A stretch of DNA of 64,000 nucleotides, from the NCBI GenBank assembly GCA_950097015.1, contig CATNEN010000025.1, positions 4,898,001-4,962,000 on the forward strand, in the 5' to 3' direction. The DNA comes from Macrostomum hystrix. Taxonomy: Eukaryota; Animalia; Platyhelminthes. This document shows positions 60,730-64,000 of this stretch, one piece after another (position 1 is the stretch's first letter; every line of letters starts with the position of its first letter). Under the pieces are notes generated by a model that saw only the letters and a list, made by a program, of their open reading frames with translations, was not told where the DNA came from and searched no databases. The position numbers and the translations under genes are program-made.

Positions 60730-61050
60730 GCCTACTTATCCCTGATCTATCTGCCACTTTCTCCCTGATCTATCTCCCCCTCTCTCCTTGATCTATCTAC
60801 CTCTCTCTCTGATCTATCTCCCACTTTCTCCCTGATCTATCTCCCACTTTCTCCCTGATCTATCTCCCCCTCTCTCCTTGATCTATCTACCTCTCTCTCT
60901 GATCTATCTCCCACTCTCTCCCTGATCTATCTCCCAATCTCTCCCTGATCTATCTCCCAATCTCTCCCTGGTCTATCTCCCCCTCTCTCCTTGATCTATC
61001 TACCTCTCTCTCTCTGATCTATCTTCCACTCTCTCCCTGATCTATCTTGA
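60730..61050. repeat. Pyrimidine-rich array (tgatctatctccc...)
   Basis: Directly visible. Confidence 0.88.
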
Positions 61051-61090
61051 AAAAGTTTCATCAACAAACCTCTTCCATAGCTGTCTGCAG

Positions 61091-61217
61091 GCGGACAGCA
61101 GCAGCAGCAGCAGCAGCTGCTGCATCAGCCGCAGGGTGATGCCTATCATTATAGCAGCGCGACAGACCTCGCGGACCTGAAGCTGTCAGCTGGGCACAGT
61201 GGCGGAAGGTCACTCAG
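61091..61217 (+). CDS. OSBPL10/11-like putative upstream exon
   Basis: Acceptor ctgcAG, Gln-rich open frame GQQQ...GGRSL, donor ag|GTGAGT in phase 2 matching the acceptor at 61306. Confidence 0.45.
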
Positions 61218-61306
61218 GTGAGTTTTATTTTGGTCTGAAATGGAAAACAATTTGTTCGATTGACACATACAGTTTGCGAATATCGATCCATCTGCTCCGT
61301 GCTCAG

Positions 61307-61730
61307 CTCCACCGACCTGGCAGACGATCCGACCGCCCCCGCCACGGCAGCCGCAGTCTCAGTCGCCGCCGCCGCCACCCGCGTGGCCTCAACGGCGCCA
61401 ATTCCGGAGATGTTGGAGCCGCCGCCGCTGCCGGTGCCCCACGCTGACGACGAGCCGGACGCGTCGAACGACGAGGAGGCCGACCTTGGCAGCGTCGAGG
61501 AGCACAAGTCCGTCATTCTGCACCTGCTGCAGCAGTTGAAGATGGGCATGGACCTCACCAGGGTGGTGCTGCCAACCTTCATCTTGGAGAAGCGCTCCCT
61601 GCTCGAGATGTTCGCCGACTCAATGCTGCACCCGGACATGTTCCTCCGGGCTGCCGACATGCCCGATGCCGAGTCGCGAATGGTGGCGGTGCTTGAGTGG
61701 TACCTAACTAGCTTTCACTCTGGCCGACGG
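61307..61730 (+). CDS. OSBPL11: Oxysterol-binding protein-related (ORP10/11-like), start of ORD
   Basis: [46 protein letters not shown]...[10 protein letters not shown] matches the ORP9/10/11 lid region. Donor GTGAGC. OSBPL10 versus OSBPL11 cannot be resolved. Confidence 0.88.
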
Positions 61731-61749
61731 GTGAGCACCAGCACCCCTT

Positions 61750-62020
61750 TGGAGTCAGCTGACCAGTTTGGATAGTCAGTGGAGTCAGCTGACCAGTTTG
61801 GATAGTTAGTGGAGTCAGCTGACCAGTTTGGATAGTCAGTGGAGTCAGCTGACCAGTTTGGATAGTCAGTGGAGTCAGCTGACCAGTTTGGGTTGTCAGT
61901 GGAGTCAGCTGACCAGTTTGGATAGTCAGTAGAGTCAGCTGACCTGTTTGGATAGTCAGTAGAGTCAGCTGACCTGTTTGGATAGTCAGTAGAGTCAGCT
62001 GACCAGTTCGGGTTGTCAGT
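61750..62020. repeat. 30-bp array with palindromic core gtcagctgac
   Basis: Directly visible. Confidence 0.92.
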
Positions 62021-62164
62021 GGAATCTTGTGGAATTTCTAGTGTTTTATTTAAATAATTTAATCGCTTAGCAACAATCGTATCTTCTCCTAGCATTTTGT
62101 TGAGCTCCAGGTGTCACTCACACTTATAAAGCATTTTCTTGAAAAGTACGTTTTTTTCTTTAAG

Positions 62165-62215
62165 GCCAGCAACAAACCCGTCAACGTCTTTCAGAACACA
62201 TTCAAGCCGAAGAAG
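62165..62215 (+). CDS. Candidate 51-bp cassette exon in the OSBP-related gene
   Basis: ttttttctttaAG|ASNKPVNVFQNTFKPKK|GTGAGG, phase 0/0. Confidence 0.5.
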
Positions 62216-62562
62216 GTGAGGCAGCGAATGTAGAAGTTGTTACATTAGCTGGGTTTCTTATTGAACAATCCGATCAATTCGTTCTTATCGGAGGTTGTTG
62301 GCTAAAGTAAAAAGAAGTTTTATTAAAGTACTTTTTAACAGATTTTTATTTGGTGAATGCTTTTACTTCCTGTAGTGTAATTAAACTTTAGCGAATCCGA
62401 TTGTACAACATTTTAAATTCAATGAATTGTTGTTCTATTGTTACGAGCTCTGCATAAATTTTAAAGGGCTTATAGCCAGAGAGAGAACCAAGTTTGTTGT
62501 GCAGTTTGTGCCGTGCGACTGCTCTGATGCTTCAGCCAATGCTTCGCCTGTCCTACTGGTTT

Positions 62563-63460
62563 ACTTCACACCCTCCTTCACCAACTTCACACCCTCCTTC
62601 ACCAACTTCACACCCTCCTTCATCAACTTCACACCCTCCTTCACCAACTTCACACCCTCCTTCACCAACTTCACACCCTCCTTCATCAACTTCACACCCT
62701 CCTTCACCAACTTCACACCCTCCTTCATCAACTTCACACCCTCCTTCACCAACTTCACACCCTCCTTCATCAACTTCACACCCTCCTTCACCAACTTTAC
62801 ACCCTCCTTCACCAACTTCACACCCTCCTTCACCAACTTTACATCCTCCTTCACCAACTTTACACCCTCCTTCACCCACTTTACACCCTCCTTCACCAAC
62901 TTTACACCCTCCTTCACCAACTTTACACCCTCCTTCACCAACTTTACACCCTCCTTCACCCACTTTACACCCTCCTTCACCAACTTTACACCCTCCTTCA
63001 CCCACTTTACACCCTCCTTCACCAACTTTACATCCTCCTTCACCAACTTTACACCCTCCTTCACCCACTTTACACCCTCCTTCACCAACTTTACACCCTC
63101 CTTCACCAACTTTACATCCTCCTTCACCAACTTTACACCCTCCTTCACCAACTTTACACCCTCCTTCACCAACTTTACACCCTCCTTCACCCACTTTACA
63201 CCCTCCTTCACCAACTTTACACCCTCCTTCACCCACTTTACACCCTCCTTCACCAACTTTACATCCTCCTTCACCAACTTTACACCCTCCTTCACCCACT
63301 TTACACCCTCCTTCACCAACTTTACACCCTCCTTCACCAACTTTACACCCTCCTTCACCAACTTTACACCCTCCTTCACCCACTTTACACCCTCCTTCAC
63401 CAACTTTACATCCTCCTTCACCAACTTCTCACTCTCCCTCACCAACTTCACACCCTAATT
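62563..63460. repeat. 21-bp array (ttcaccaacttcacaccctcc)
   Basis: Directly visible. Confidence 0.95.
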
Positions 63461-63700
63461 TGGCAACTTCATTCATGACACGTGACTACTTAGTTGCTTC
63501 GCAGTCTGTTCATCAATAAGTCAGTACTAAATAGCGGTGATGCTGGTCTTAAACACTGGCAAGGTTTCTCTGCTCTCAAACTTTGGCTATGTAAATAAGC
63601 TGTTGCTATTGCCATTTAAATGTGTGCTATTGTTCTCATTAAATTTGTGAATCGCAGTCATCTCGTACAAATAAATAGCCGCCTTTTGTTTCGCCCGCAG

Positions 63701-64000
63701 GGTGCACTGGCTAAGAAGCCGTATAACCCGTTGATCGGCGAGACCTTTCACTGCTCATGGCAGCTTGGTGGAGGAGGAGGAGGAGGAGGAGGCGGCAGCG
63801 GCAGCGGCAGCGGCAGTGACTATCAGCTGGTTTACACTGCCGAGCAGGTGTCGCATCATCCGCCAGTGACCGCTTTCTACCTGGAGTGTCCGCAGAAGCA
63901 GGTGTGGCTAAACGCCAGCATCTACACCAAGAGCAAATTCATGGGCATGAGTATAGGCGTGAACATGTTGGGCCGGATGCAGCTGCACCTGCTAAGGCAT
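63701..64000 (+). CDS. OSBPL11: OSBP-related ORD exon (runs off the window)
   Basis: [20 protein letters not shown]...EQVSHHPP (OSBP signature)...[13 protein letters not shown]. Acceptor cccgcAG. Confidence 0.92.

Noticed and set aside
62427-63519. Mucin- or extensin-like ORFs (TPSFTNF, SPTLHPP)
   Set aside because: 21-bp array inside an OSBP-gene intron, open in most frames.

Overview
Eukaryotic (animal) genomic DNA. GC-rich compact exons, introns filled with locus-specific minisatellites and the gene content fit a free-living flatworm such as Macrostomum; this is inference, not verified. Genes reconstructed by hand from GT-AG sites and reading-frame phase: (1) a 7-exon CELF/Bruno-like 3-RRM gene on the minus strand (29843->7765, about 434 aa); (2) two intronless secreted Tyr/Lys/Asp-rich genes (32048-32287 and 35080-35862) with paralogous signal peptides and near-identical promoter layouts, plus a related disrupted Gly-Tyr repeat locus between them; (3) a 3-exon GRD-like Cys-loop channel (40096-42137); (4) an orphan coiled-coil gene (about 43252-45650); (5) an intronless divergent class A GPCR (49449-50528); (6) a 4-exon ODF3/SHIPPO-repeat gene (56358-58066, 254 aa); (7) a partial OSBPL10/11-like gene running off the right edge. 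Mobile DNA includes a Crypton-type fragment, three hAT MITEs carrying a minisatellite, two tRNA-derived SINE families and an internally deleted RTE-like LINE inside a (TAG)n tract. The best candidates for something undescribed are the co-regulated Tyr-rich secreted cluster (eggshell/adhesive or amidated-peptide precursors) and a ladder of in-frame alternative first and cassette exons in the CELF gene. Most long ORFs in the supplied track are artefacts of tandem repeats. No database searches were run. Repeat boundaries are approximate.
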